From contig CAZEBW010000003.1 of the NCBI GenBank assembly GCA_964510205.1, forward strand, positions 13,274-77,273: 64,000 bases of DNA, read 5' to 3'. The stretch comes from an uncultured Anaerolineae bacterium (lineage in GTDB: Bacteria; Chloroflexota; Anaerolineae; VGOG01). The position numbers and the translations under genes are program-made. The notes under the pieces were generated by a model. That model was not told where the DNA came from. It saw nothing but the letters and a program-made list of their open reading frames with translations, and searched no databases. Position 1 is the stretch's first letter, and every line of letters starts with the position of its first letter. This document shows positions 1-9,446 of this stretch, piece by piece.

Positions 1-42
1 ACCATCACCGCTGCGATCGAAGACATTCGAGGGGGGCAGTAG
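1..42 (+). CDS. 3' end of an upstream gene (partial; reads ...TITAAIEDIRGGQ*), possibly the solute-binding protein of the sugar ABC system
   Basis: The open frame runs in from the window edge and ends at TAG 40-42. It lies directly upstream of two sugar ABC permeases. Confidence 0.25.
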   Translation, partial: TITAAIEDIRGGQ

Positions 43-60
43 GCTCCTAGCACTTGACAT

Positions 61-99
61 GCGAACGCAGGTAAGGGCGCGTTCCTTACCTGCGTTCGC
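61..99 (+). promoter_or_regulatory. Intercistronic stem-loop: a perfect 16-bp inverted repeat GCGAACGCAGGTAAGG-(7 nt)-CCTTACCTGCGTTCGC. A second 13-bp inverted repeat, GAAACCAGGTTTT (~118-130) / AAAACCTGGTTTC (~201-213), encloses the rest of the leader.
   Basis: The inverted repeats were read directly from the sequence. The position between the upstream gene end and the permease genes resembles the malE-malF intercistronic hairpins. Confidence 0.5.
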
Positions 100-235
100 T
101 CAAAGATAGCGAACCGGAAACCAGGTTTTGGAGACTCTACGAATCCAAAGTGTGTGTTATGGCACGCGTTTGCGATGGAGAGATAAGCATCCTTGATCGG
201 AAAAACCTGGTTTCTTTCACTTATCCAAACTCCAG

Positions 236-1306
236 ATGAGGAGGTGTCTTATGGCTGTAGCCGAAATGCGTGCCGGTGTTCCAACCCAGCAGGAGGGTCG
301 GTGGGCTAGATTTCGACAACGGGTGAAAGAATCTCGCACTGCCTGGCTGTACATCCTCCCTGCTGGTCTGGTAATGCTTTTTATCACCCTCTTTCCCCAG
401 CTCTACCAAGTCTGGATGTCCTTCACCGATTATCGGGTCAAGCACCTGCGCTTCGTTCTGTTCGATTCCAGTACGTGGGCCAAGTATGTCCCGCCCTTTG
501 TGGGCCTGAACAACTACGTCAAGATCCTCAACAGCAGTCTGGCCATCGAGAGTTACGATTTCGGCCGGCTGCTGCTCTTCAACGTGACCTGGACGGTGGT
601 CAACGTCTTTTTCCACGTATCATTGGGGGTCATCATCGCGCTGGTCCTGAATAGTGAGAAGCTGATTGGCCGGCGGTTCTACCGTGCTCTGTTCGTACTG
701 CCCTGGGCGATCCCTGGCTACATCACCGCCCTGACTTGGCGGAACATGTATGACGACCGTTTTGGAGCCTTCAATCAGCTCCTGGGAGTCATCAACGGCT
801 GGCTGGGCACGAATCTACCCACCGATACCCGCTGGCTGACCGTCACCAATCCGCCCATTGGCGGGCCGCTCAGTTTCTTGCCCCTGGCGTTCTACTGCGT
901 CCTGCTGGCCAATGTTTGGCTAGGCTGGCCGTTTATGAGCGTGGTCGCCACAGGTGCGTTGCAGTCTATCCCCGAAGAGTTGTACGAGGCCGCTGCCATA
1001 GACGGGGCCAGCAGTTGGCAGAAACTTTGGAAGATCACCCTCCCCCTGCTCCGTCCGGCCATGGTGCCGGCTATCATGCTGGGTACGATTTGGACCTTCA
1101 ACCAGTTCAACGTGATCTACTTTATCTCCGAAGGAGGGCCCTTCGGACGCACGGAGATCCTGATCACCCAGTCTTTCAAGCTGGTTTACGAACAGCGCTT
1201 GTATGGGGTGGGAGCAGCCTTTAGCTTTGTCGTCTTCTTCATCTTGCTGATCATCACCCTGATCCAGAACCACGTGACGCGCGCTACGGAGGCTTACTAT
1301 GTCTAA
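236..1306 (+). CDS. Sugar ABC transporter permease (CUT1 family, MalF-like; binding-protein-dependent inner membrane component)
   Basis: Multiple TM segments and the EAA loop motif EAAAIDGASSWQKLWKITLPLLRPA. It overlaps the next permease by 8 nt; the start could be at 236 or the in-frame ATG a few codons downstream. Confidence 0.85.
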   Translation: MRRCLMAVAEMRAGVPTQQEGRWARFRQRVKESRTAWLYILPAGLVMLFITLFPQLYQVWMSFTDYRVKHLRFVLFDSSTWAKYVPPFVGLNNYVKILNSSLAIESYDFGRLLLFNVTWTVVNVFFHVSLGVIIALVLNSEKLIGRRFYRALFVLPWAIPGYITALTWRNMYDDRFGAFNQLLGVINGWLGTNLPTDTRWLTVTNPPIGGPLSFLPLAFYCVLLANVWLGWPFMSVVATGALQSIPEELYEAAAIDGASSWQKLWKITLPLLRPAMVPAIMLGTIWTFNQFNVIYFISEGGPFGRTEILITQSFKLVYEQRLYGVGAAFSFVVFFILLIITLIQNHVTRATEAYYV

Positions 1307-2198
1307 AAAACGAAAAGACATCCTCCAGCAATTAGGGCTTCAGGCCTTTCTCCTGGTGATTACCGCCTCAGTCCTGTTCCCCATCCTGTGGGTCGGCTCC
1401 CTGGCTCTGGACCCGCGCAACATTGACAAACCGCTGGAGCTGCGCTTAATCCCGCCGGGAGCTTCCCTGGACGCCTTTCGCAAAGTCCTACTTGAGCCGT
1501 TTAAGCTGTTGTGCAGGAACCCTACAGACCCTTCCACTTGCATGACCTTTGCACGGCTGCTGAAGAACAGCCTACTGGTGGCCCTGGGCACCAGCCTGGT
1601 GGCGGTCGTCCTGGGGGCCTCGGCCGCCTATGCTTTCTCTCGCTTCCGTTTTATTGGACGGCAGGCCGGCATGTTGGGTTTCATCATCCTGCTCATGCTG
1701 CCCTCCACGGCTACCCTGGCCCCGCTGTACGTTCTGCTCAGCCAGATCAAAATCGGCGGGGAATCCCTACGCACGTCCCTTTTCGGCCTGGCCCTGGCCT
1801 ACGCTTCCAGCGCGTTGCCCTTTGCCATCTGGAACCTGAAAGGCTACTTTGATACGGTGCCCAAAGAATTGGAGGAGGCCGCGCTCATTGACGGCGCCTC
1901 AATGACCCAGACCTTTTTGCGGGTCATCATGCCGCTCTCCGTCCCTGCTCTGGCGGTGACGGTTCTGTTCTCCTTCATGACCGGCTGGACCGAATTCCTG
2001 TTAGCCTGGACGTTCTTGGAGAATCCATCTCGCTTCACCCTGGCCATGGCCCTGCGCTCCATGCAGGGACAGTTCGCCACGCCCTGGTCGGAATTCGCGG
2101 CCATGTCCATTCTGATGACCATTCCCATCGTGATCCTGTTCTTCATGCTGCAGCGCTACCTGGTTTCAGGATTGACGGCGGGTGGAGTGAAGGAATAG
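1299..2198 (+). CDS. Sugar ABC transporter permease (CUT1 family, MalG-like)
   Basis: EAA motif EAALIDGASMTQTFLRVIMPLSVPAL and six predicted TM helices. Translationally coupled to the upstream permease. Confidence 0.85.
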   Translation: MSKKRKDILQQLGLQAFLLVITASVLFPILWVGSLALDPRNIDKPLELRLIPPGASLDAFRKVLLEPFKLLCRNPTDPSTCMTFARLLKNSLLVALGTSLVAVVLGASAAYAFSRFRFIGRQAGMLGFIILLMLPSTATLAPLYVLLSQIKIGGESLRTSLFGLALAYASSALPFAIWNLKGYFDTVPKELEEAALIDGASMTQTFLRVIMPLSVPALAVTVLFSFMTGWTEFLLAWTFLENPSRFTLAMALRSMQGQFATPWSEFAAMSILMTIPIVILFFMLQRYLVSGLTAGGVKE

Positions 2199-2207
2199 CA
2201 GAGAATC

Positions 2208-2726
2208 ATGTCGGATACGTACTACCGAGAGCGCGCTGCGCGCCGCGCCCGCCTCTGGTGGATCGCGGGAGGCATAGCCGCAGCCGTCGTCTTGGTCGTC
2301 CTGGTCACCAGAGCCCTTTTCTACGACGCTTGCACCCGCAGCTTTGACCGCTCGCCCCGCTCCATCGTCTCCACCTTTGTGGAAGCGGTGCGGCGCGGCG
2401 ACGCGGCGGTGGCTCAGGAATGTTGGGAGCACGACGCCTACTACGATCTTGAAGCCGGCTGCTCTGAGATCTGCCTGTCGCGGGTCTTGGGGGCGCAGTA
2501 TCGGGTGCTCGACATCGCGCTGGGTCAGCCCCAAACCACGCCAGATGGCCGCGCCAACCTGCGGGCCACCGTCTCCATCGAGTGCGCTGACAGCGGGGAA
2601 GAGCACACCGCCGAAATCCTGCTCGACAGTGTGGGCAGCAATATCCCCTGGAAGCACTGGGCCATCATCCGCAGCACCTTCGGGGGAACGGTGGCTGAGC
2701 CGTGGTGTGAACCTGTGGGGCAATGA
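2208..2726 (+). CDS. Hypothetical membrane-anchored protein (N-terminal TM helix, Cys-containing C-terminal domain)
   Basis: A 172-aa ORF starting 10 nt after the permease stop. It has a hydrophobic N-terminus, WWIAGGIAAAVVLVVLV; no family was recognised. Confidence 0.5.
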   Translation: MSDTYYRERAARRARLWWIAGGIAAAVVLVVLVTRALFYDACTRSFDRSPRSIVSTFVEAVRRGDAAVAQECWEHDAYYDLEAGCSEICLSRVLGAQYRVLDIALGQPQTTPDGRANLRATVSIECADSGEEHTAEILLDSVGSNIPWKHWAIIRSTFGGTVAEPWCEPVGQ

Positions 2727-2810
2727 GCGTTAGCGAGTAGACGGCGGACGGATCATGGGCGCGATGCTACCGTCTCGTTCGGGAGCAACGTTGGCGAACG
2801 ACAACTGAAA

Positions 2811-2839
2811 TTGACGGGCAGCAAGGTTTGTGTTACAAT
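2811..2839 (+). promoter_or_regulatory. Sigma-70-like promoter: -35 TTGACG (2811-2816), 17-nt spacer, -10 TACAAT (2834-2839)
   Basis: Both hexamers are near-consensus with ideal spacing, ~40 nt upstream of the ATG at 2881. A G-rich SD (GGGGGGAGGGAA) precedes the start. Confidence 0.5.
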
Positions 2840-2880
2840 AAAACGACCTCAAGACAGAGTATGGGGGGAGGGAATATCAA

Positions 2881-3342
2881 ATGAAAGAAAACGTCATACC
2901 GGTTGTCAAACTCCCACAGGCTGACATTGAGTTGACCGAATTGATGGCTCGTTTTCAAGGCCAGCCTCTCGGTTTCCAAATCCCAAAACTGGACGGCTTT
3001 TTGCTCCTTCTCCCCGTGGAAGACTACGGTTTTGTAACTTCGGCTATCCAGGCGAGGAAGGCACTACCCGTCCGCCCATCCAAAACGCCAGCCGAATACT
3101 TTGCTGAAACGGTACGTGTTCTTCGCCGCCTGGAACGGAAGCACGGCATGACCTCGGCCGAGTTCTACCGAAAGTTCCAGGAAGGCACACTCAAAGAAGG
3201 CCCAAACGACTACTGGGAGTGGCGTGTCCGTTACAAAAGCTTCCTGACCATGCAAGAGCGATTTGGCTTTTCGGAGGCAGAGGTAACTATCTACCCATCC
3301 TCACCACATGCACAAGGGCAGGAAGCCCGCCAAAGGTGTTGA
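2881..3342 (+). CDS. Hypothetical protein (153 aa), no recognised family
   Basis: An ORF with its own promoter and SD, lying between the permease operon and the GH57 gene. Confidence 0.5.
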   Translation: MKENVIPVVKLPQADIELTELMARFQGQPLGFQIPKLDGFLLLLPVEDYGFVTSAIQARKALPVRPSKTPAEYFAETVRVLRRLERKHGMTSAEFYRKFQEGTLKEGPNDYWEWRVRYKSFLTMQERFGFSEAEVTIYPSSPHAQGQEARQRC

Positions 3343-3475
3343 CAAGGCCCTTCCCCTGGATGTCCCAAGAGTAGATTTCGCCATTGTCCTCTCAAAGATA
3401 CAACAGCTCAAATCGCAGGCAGGTGACCAACACAAGCCAAGACAGCGAGAAGATCAAATCCAGAAGGAGTAAAAA

Positions 3476-6400
3476 ATGAGCCTGCGTATACCCCTTAAAG
3501 GCACCCTCGTGTTAGTTATCCTGTTGGCTCTGCTGGCTGCCGGATGCCAGCAAACGCCCACGCCGGCCCCTAATCCGACGCCGGAGCCGACAACGCCACC
3601 GCCCACGGCGGAGCCTACACCCACAACCGAACCTACGACAGCGACCGAAGAAAAGCCGCTGTACCTGGCCATCATCTGGCATCAGCACCAGCCGCTCTAT
3701 TTCAAGGATCCGCAGACGGGGGTCTATCAAAAGCCCTGGGTGCGCCTGCACGCGGCCAAGGACTACGTGGACATGGCCGCCATGCTGAAGCAGTATCCCG
3801 ACATCCAGGCCACTTTCAACCTCACCCCTTCGCTGCTGCGCCAGTTGCTGGACCTGGAAAGCGGAGCCAGGGACTTGTACGCGGCGCACACCGTGATCCC
3901 CGCTACGTGGCTGAGCAACGAGCAGAAGGACTTTATCCGCAGCCGCTTCTTCGACATCAACCCCAAAATCATCGCCCGCTTCCCTCGCTATCAGGAAATC
4001 GCCGACGACCGAGAGAATAGCGCCAACTGGGACACCTCGACCTGGCTCGACCTGCAGGTGCTGTTCAATCTGGCCTGGACCGATCCCGACTGGTTAGCCG
4101 AAGGGCCGCCGGCCATCCTGGTGGCCCAGGGGCGGAATTTCGCCGAGGAGGACAAGTCCACTGTTCTGAACAAACACGCCCGCTTGGTGGCCGAGGTCAT
4201 TCCGCTTCACAAACGCCTGCAGGACGAGGGCCGCATCGAGGTAACCATGACGCCCTTTTTCCACCCCATCCTGCCCCTGCTGATAGACACTACCCTGGCT
4301 CGCCAAGCCGCGCCCGACATCGAGCTGCCGCCCCGCTTCAGCTATCCCCGCGACGCCGTGGCCCAGTTCGAGATGGGGGTGGACTTCTACACTGAAATCT
4401 TCGGCCGCCCGCCCAGCGGCATGTGGCCGGCCGAGGGCGCTGTGGCCGAGCAGATGGTGGGACTGGTCAGTCGGGGCGGAATCCAGTGGATGGCCAGCGA
4501 CGAGGAGGTGCTGGCCCGCAGCCTGGGCGGCAAGCGCCTGGCGCGAGATGCCGGCGAAATCGTGCAGGATCCCGACCTGCTGTATCGTCCCTACATCGTC
4601 CAGGACCGCCCGCAGGACCCCGAGCTGTACGTCGTCTTCCGCGACAAAGTCATCAGCGACAAGGTGGGCTTCACCTACAGCGGCAGCGAGGGCTTGGCTG
4701 CCGCCCAGGACTTCGTGCGCCGCATCCTGGACATCCGCGATCGGCTGGAGCAAGCCGGGGCCACCGGCCCTAACCTGGTCAGCGTGATCCTGGACGGCGA
4801 AAACGCCTGGGAGCATTATCCCAACGACGGCAAGGAATTCCTGCACAACATGTACCGCCTGCTGCAAGAGGAACAGGAGAAGGGCGCCATCCGCACCATC
4901 ACCCCCAGCGCCTACGTTGCGCGCTTCCCTGAGCAGCCGGCCATTGAGCGATTGTGGGCCGGCAGTTGGGTCAGCCCCGACTATCTGACCTGGATCGGTG
5001 AGGACGAGGAGAACCGAGCCTGGGATTACCTGGGCCGGGTGCGGGAATTTGTGGAAAAGCGTAAGAAGAGGTTGGGCGAGGACACGCTGGCGGCGGTGAT
5101 GGACGCCGTTTATACCGCCGAGGGCAGCGATTGGTTCTGGTGGTACGGCGCCGACCAGAACAGCGGCGACGACGCCAGCTTCGACCTGCAATTCCGGCGG
5201 ACCCTGCAACGAGTGTACGAGCTGATGGACGAGCCGGTGCCCACCTTCCTCAAAGTGCCGGTCATCCCTCAAACCCCCGTGGCTCCCGCCGCTGGCGCGT
5301 CGGTGGTGATCACGCCCACGATAGATGGCCTGGCCGGGGAAGAGGAGTGGCAAGGTGGGGGCTACTACGACGAAGGGGACGGCATCATCGCCCAACTGTG
5401 GTACGGTTTCGGCAAGGAAAACCTCTACCTGCGCCTGGACGGACGCCGTCCCTGGGCCGAGGTCAGTGACCAGACGCGCCTCGGCTTCTACCTGACCCGG
5501 CCCGCCGGCGGGCCTGAGCAACCATTCAGCCGCATCGGCGCCGATGAAACCCTTGGGTTGAGTGCGAAGCGTACCGAAACCCTGCTGGGCTTTGGGGCCA
5601 ACGTCTTGGTCGAGGTCGCGATCACCAGCCAGGGCGCCGCCGCTACCTTCCTCACCGTGGATGAGGCGGGCAACTACACCCCCACCGACGCCGAGCTGCC
5701 CGTGGGCGTCTCTGGCAGCAGCCTGGAGGTGGCTGTGCCCTACGCCGTCTTTGGCAAACCCGATGCTGGGGACACGTTCAAGCTGCGGGCAGTGGTTAGC
5801 GAAGGGGAAGTGCAAGACATTCAGGTGCTGCCGGGCGCTGGGCCTGCTCAACTTGTGGTGCCCGACTTGGGCCTGACCACGCCTATTCTCACCCTCGCCG
5901 ACCCGGCGGGCGACGACCACGGCCCCGGCGACTATGCCTATCCCCTGGACGGCGTCTTCAGCGCCCGCGCCTACGATCTGACCGAGTTCGCCGTGGCCGA
6001 GGATGACAACAACCTCATCTTCCGCTTCACTTTCGACGGCAAACTCAACAACGACTGGGGCGCGCCCAACGGCATGGGCATCCACACCCTGGACGTCTAC
6101 GTTGATGCCGTGGAGGGCGGCGCGCGCAAGCTGTTGCCCGGCCGCAATGCCGCCCTGCCCGCGGACAGCGGCTGGGAGTTGGCCATCTGGGCCGAGGGCT
6201 GGACGCCCGGCCTCTACGGCCCGCCCACCGAGGGCTCGCCTGAGCCGCAGCAGATGGGCGACATTAGCACGCTGAACATCGTCAGCGATCCAGGCCAGAA
6301 CAAGATCACCGTTCGCGTGGCCAAAAAGGTCTTCGCCGAGAGCCTGGGCGTTGAGACGCTAGACCCGGCCTCGTGGAGCTACCTGGCGGTGGTGATGGGC

Positions 6401-6652
6401 CAGGAGGGCTATCCCAGCAGCGGCGTGTGGCGCATCCGCGACGTCAACGAGGCTGCGGCCCAGTGGCGCTTTGGCGGCGCTCCGCCCGACAGCAACATCC
6501 ATCCCCGCATCATAGACGTGGCCTATCCCGCCGACTTCCCCGTCAGTCAGGAGGAGGCCCTGAGCAGCTTCACACCCCGGACGGTGGACGCCGCCGAATT
6601 CGATGCGCTGTCGCCCGACGACTTCGCCGATCTGCCGATGGTCAGGCCGTGA
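3476..6652 (+). CDS. Glycoside hydrolase family 57 lipoprotein (alpha-amylase / 4-alpha-glucanotransferase / amylopullulanase-like) with a C-terminal glucodextranase-like domain
   Basis: Lipoprotein signal (LLAAGCQQ), a Pro/Thr linker, the GH57 region-1 motif WHQHQP, a catalytic-Glu region GMWPAEGAV, and the DWFWWYG motif. AAGGAG SD precedes the start. Confidence 0.8.
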   Translation: MSLRIPLKGTLVLVILLALLAAGCQQTPTPAPNPTPEPTTPPPTAEPTPTTEPTTATEEKPLYLAIIWHQHQPLYFKDPQTGVYQKPWVRLHAAKDYVDMAAMLKQYPDIQATFNLTPSLLRQLLDLESGARDLYAAHTVIPATWLSNEQKDFIRSRFFDINPKIIARFPRYQEIADDRENSANWDTSTWLDLQVLFNLAWTDPDWLAEGPPAILVAQGRNFAEEDKSTVLNKHARLVAEVIPLHKRLQDEGRIEVTMTPFFHPILPLLIDTTLARQAAPDIELPPRFSYPRDAVAQFEMGVDFYTEIFGRPPSGMWPAEGAVAEQMVGLVSRGGIQWMASDEEVLARSLGGKRLARDAGEIVQDPDLLYRPYIVQDRPQDPELYVVFRDKVISDKVGFTYSGSEGLAAAQDFVRRILDIRDRLEQAGATGPNLVSVILDGENAWEHYPNDGKEFLHNMYRLLQEEQEKGAIRTITPSAYVARFPEQPAIERLWAGSWVSPDYLTWIGEDEENRAWDYLGRVREFVEKRKKRLGEDTLAAVMDAVYTAEGSDWFWWYGADQNSGDDASFDLQFRRTLQRVYELMDEPVPTFLKVPVIPQTPVAPAAGASVVITPTIDGLAGEEEWQGGGYYDEGDGIIAQLWYGFGKENLYLRLDGRRPWAEVSDQTRLGFYLTRPAGGPEQPFSRIGADETLGLSAKRTETLLGFGANVLVEVAITSQGAAATFLTVDEAGNYTPTDAELPVGVSGSSLEVAVPYAVFGKPDAGDTFKLRAVVSEGEVQDIQVLPGAGPAQLVVPDLGLTTPILTLADPAGDDHGPGDYAYPLDGVFSARAYDLTEFAVAEDDNNLIFRFTFDGKLNNDWGAPNGMGIHTLDVYVDAVEGGARKLLPGRNAALPADSGWELAIWAEGWTPGLYGPPTEGSPEPQQMGDISTLNIVSDPGQNKITVRVAKKVFAESLGVETLDPASWSYLAVVMGQEGYPSSGVWRIRDVNEAAAQWRFGGAPPDSNIHPRIIDVAYPADFPVSQEEALSSFTPRTVDAAEFDALSPDDFADLPMVRP

Positions 6653-6728
6653 GACAAAAGTGGCTAGATAAAAAAATGCGCCGCTCGCCCGGCGTAACCC
6701 GCAAAGACCTATGCTGAACCCGTCCAAA

Positions 6729-6759
6729 TAGCCCGCTGCCGTAAAACCGCAGCGGGCTA
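6729..6759. terminator. Hairpin between convergent genes (TAGCCCGCTGC-loop-GCAGCGGGCTA), a likely bidirectional terminator
   Basis: An 11-bp perfect stem between the GH57 stop (6652, +) and the lipoprotein gene stop (6757, -). There is no strong U-tract. Confidence 0.4.
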
Positions 6760-7551
6760 CTCAAAATCGTCACCGATTTCACACAAATCCGACTCTTTTA
6801 TCCAGCCTGCTGTCACGCCTTGGCTACCGGAATACGCACCCTTCACCCAGTCCCCCTCAACCTCAGAGACTTTTAGAACATCCCCCTCAATGAGGTACGA
6901 TTCCCCTCGCGCACTCTCATCTGGATGATCGTGGAAGTAGGCCCGCTCACTGGCCACCATCCTGATGATTTTCCATTCTTCTCTTTTGGTGAGCTCAAAG
7001 AGCACGCCTTCTTCGTCAAAGCGAGGTTCGACATTCCAACACCCACCCGGCTCCTCCTCCAGTCTGATCTTCACCCGATCGTTTCCCAGCAGCTCGATGG
7101 TCCCCTTGGTGTCTGAAGTGGCGATCTCTACCCAGGCGTTCTCCATCCGGCCGACGAAGAGAAAGACACAACTGAAACGTGGAGCTTGCAACTGCTCATC
7201 CCACCCCGTGTAATTCTCGTAGAAGCCGGTAACCAGGTCATCGTTCACAGCGATGGATAACAGCCCGTCTTCGTAGCTTCCTGGATGCAGTGCGATTTCA
7301 GTTGGCGTTGGAGTTGGAGCAGTGGTTGGCGTGGGGAGCGGCATCCTTGTCGGCGTCGGGATTGGGGGCGACGTGCTTGTCGGCACCGGCGTCGAAGTTG
7401 GGGGGATTTCAGTGAACGGTTCTGGCGTCGAGGTCGGCGCGGCCAATTGCCGCGATGGTGTAGGACTTGGCGGCGACTGGGAAGTGCAGGACGCCAAGAC
7501 CAATCCGAGAAAGAGGAAGGCTGTCCCTATCTTTCTATCCGTGATGAACAC
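6757..7551 (-). CDS. Hypothetical lipoprotein with a Pro/Thr-rich linker
   Basis: Signal peptide with a lipobox (LVLASC), a long PT linker, and a C-terminal globular domain of unknown family. Confidence 0.6.
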   Translation of the reverse strand: MFITDRKIGTAFLFLGLVLASCTSQSPPSPTPSRQLAAPTSTPEPFTEIPPTSTPVPTSTSPPIPTPTRMPLPTPTTAPTPTPTEIALHPGSYEDGLLSIAVNDDLVTGFYENYTGWDEQLQAPRFSCVFLFVGRMENAWVEIATSDTKGTIELLGNDRVKIRLEEEPGGCWNVEPRFDEEGVLFELTKREEWKIIRMVASERAYFHDHPDESARGESYLIEGDVLKVSEVEGDWVKGAYSGSQGVTAGWIKESDLCEIGDDFE

Positions 7552-7566
7552 CGGTTTCCTCCGCCC

Positions 7567-9342
7567 CTATTGAGCACTCACCATCACCCGCTCCGGCCGT
7601 TCCCAGACAGCCCGCCACCTCGGCTCGTCCTCGATCTGGGCCTCGTTCAAGCGCCGGTAGAGCCCATCGCGGGCCATGAGCTCCTCGTGCGTCCCCATCT
7701 CGACGATGCGGCTGCCTTCCAGGACGACGATGACATCCGCGCCCCGGATGGTGGACAGGCGATGGGCGATGATGATGGCCGTGCGGCCCTCCATCAGCCG
7801 TTCCAGCGCTTGTTGGATCAGCAACTCTGTCTCGGTATCCACCGAAGAGGTCGCTTCGTCCAGGATCAGGATGGGCGCATCCTTGAGCACCGCACGAGCG
7901 ATGGCCAAGCGCTGCCTCTGCCCGCCGGACAGCTTGACGCCGCGCTCGCCGATCATGGTGTCGTAGCCATCGGGCAACTGGGTGATGAACTCGTGCGCGT
8001 TGGCGATTTTGGCCGCCGCGATCATTTCCTCTTCAGTGGCCCTCGGCCGGCCGAACAGGATGTTCTCGCGCGCCGTTCCGTGAAACAGGAACACGTCTTG
8101 CAGCACGATGCCAATCTGCCGCCGCAGGCTCTTGAGCGTCAGGTCGCGGATGTCGTGTCCGTCCAGCGTGATCGAGCCCTCGCACACGTCGTAGAACCGT
8201 GGAATGAGGCTGGCCAAGGTCGTCTTGCCCACGCCCGTCGGCCCAACCAAAGCCACGACAGTACCCGGTGCGATGTCGAGATCAACGTGCTCCAGCACGG
8301 TGTCCCCCATGACATAGCGAAAGCCCACATCGCGCAAGGTAATCGCACCCCTGGCTCTATCCGTCAACTCGATGGCGTCAGGCCGCTCGACCACATCGGG
8401 CTGTTCGTCCAGCAGCTCTTTCACCCGCTCCGCGCCCGCCAGGGCCTGCTGGACGCTTTCCCACACCCCGCTCAGCGCGCGCACGGGTTCGTAGAGCATC
8501 TCCAGGTAAAGGAAAAAGGCCACCAGGTCCTCAATAGGCAAGGTCTGGTTCAAGGCAAGTTGTCCGCCGAAGTAGATGATGACGATAGTGCCCAGAGAGG
8601 CAGAGAGTTCTATGAAGGGGCGGAAGGTGGCCATGAGACGCAGCGCGCGGAGCATCGAATCGCGATACCTGACGATGTGGTCGCCGATGCGGGCAGCTTC
8701 GATTTGCTCCCTGGTGAAGGCTTTGATCTCGCGGATGCCCAGCAGATTGTCGCTGAGCGCTGCGTTGAGCTCGCCTAGTTCGGCCTGACGCTGGCGAAAG
8801 GCTGGCCGCACGTACTTGGCAAAGCCTCGCATGGCCAACACGATCAAAGGTATGGGGATCATGCTCAAGAGCGTGAGCTGCAAGTTCATGTTAATCAGCA
8901 CAGCAGTAACGCCGACCAGCATGAACACATTCACGATCACGTCCGGTATGGCATGGGCGATCAGGTGCTCGGCCAGCCTCGAGTCGTTGACCGTGCGCGA
9001 CATCAACTGGCCCGTCTGCTTGTCCTCGTAGAAACGAAGCGACAGTCGCTGCAAATGGTCATAGACATCCGACCGAACGTCGGCCACCACGTTCCAGCCC
9101 GCCACGTGGGCCATGTAGCTTCTGAGAAACCGCAAGCCGCCGCGCACCACGTAGGCAGCCAGGGCCAGCAAGGCCAATCGCGCGATGGAAGCCGCCGCCT
9201 CTGGCCCCGCCGTGGGATCGGTCACCGTGGCGATCATGGTCTTGACAATCCACGGGGCCAACAACTGCACACCCACCAGCAAGAGCATACTCACCACCGT
9301 CAACGCCAGCGGCCCAGCGTACTTGGGAGTATATTTGAACAC
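7567..9342 (-). CDS. ABC transporter ATP-binding/permease fusion (MsbA/multidrug exporter type, ABC type-I exporter fold)
   Basis: An N-terminal 6-TM domain, Walker A GPTGVGKTT, signature LSGGQRQRLAIARA, and Walker B ILILDEATS. Confidence 0.9.
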   Translation of the reverse strand: MFKYTPKYAGPLALTVVSMLLLVGVQLLAPWIVKTMIATVTDPTAGPEAAASIARLALLALAAYVVRGGLRFLRSYMAHVAGWNVVADVRSDVYDHLQRLSLRFYEDKQTGQLMSRTVNDSRLAEHLIAHAIPDVIVNVFMLVGVTAVLINMNLQLTLLSMIPIPLIVLAMRGFAKYVRPAFRQRQAELGELNAALSDNLLGIREIKAFTREQIEAARIGDHIVRYRDSMLRALRLMATFRPFIELSASLGTIVIIYFGGQLALNQTLPIEDLVAFFLYLEMLYEPVRALSGVWESVQQALAGAERVKELLDEQPDVVERPDAIELTDRARGAITLRDVGFRYVMGDTVLEHVDLDIAPGTVVALVGPTGVGKTTLASLIPRFYDVCEGSITLDGHDIRDLTLKSLRRQIGIVLQDVFLFHGTARENILFGRPRATEEEMIAAAKIANAHEFITQLPDGYDTMIGERGVKLSGGQRQRLAIARAVLKDAPILILDEATSSVDTETELLIQQALERLMEGRTAIIIAHRLSTIRGADVIVVLEGSRIVEMGTHEELMARDGLYRRLNEAQIEDEPRWRAVWERPERVMVSAQ

Positions 9343-9446
9343 AAATTTGAGAGATTTCAGCGTGTTATCCTCCAGTTGCCAGCCGCTCTAGCTGGATGAC
9401 AACCCAGCGGTCCACAAAGCGGCTGAGTCCAACGAAGCCCATCGAG

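Noticed and set aside
3454-3675. A 73-aa minus-strand ORF rich in Gly/Val overlapping the GH57 start
   Set aside because: It is the antisense of the Pro/Thr linker codons, a low-complexity artefact.
7285-8778. A 497-aa plus-strand ORF antisense to the ABC exporter gene
   Set aside because: It is Arg/Gly/His-rich with no recognisable domain and lies entirely inside a well-supported minus-strand gene. This is typical of spurious open frames in high-GC DNA. The same applies to 4094..6085(-), 10831..12450(+), 18738..19643(+), 20504..21436(+), 21642..22676(+), 41216..41986(-), 44694..45869(-), 49152..50285(-), 53656..56220(-) and 29622..30533(+).
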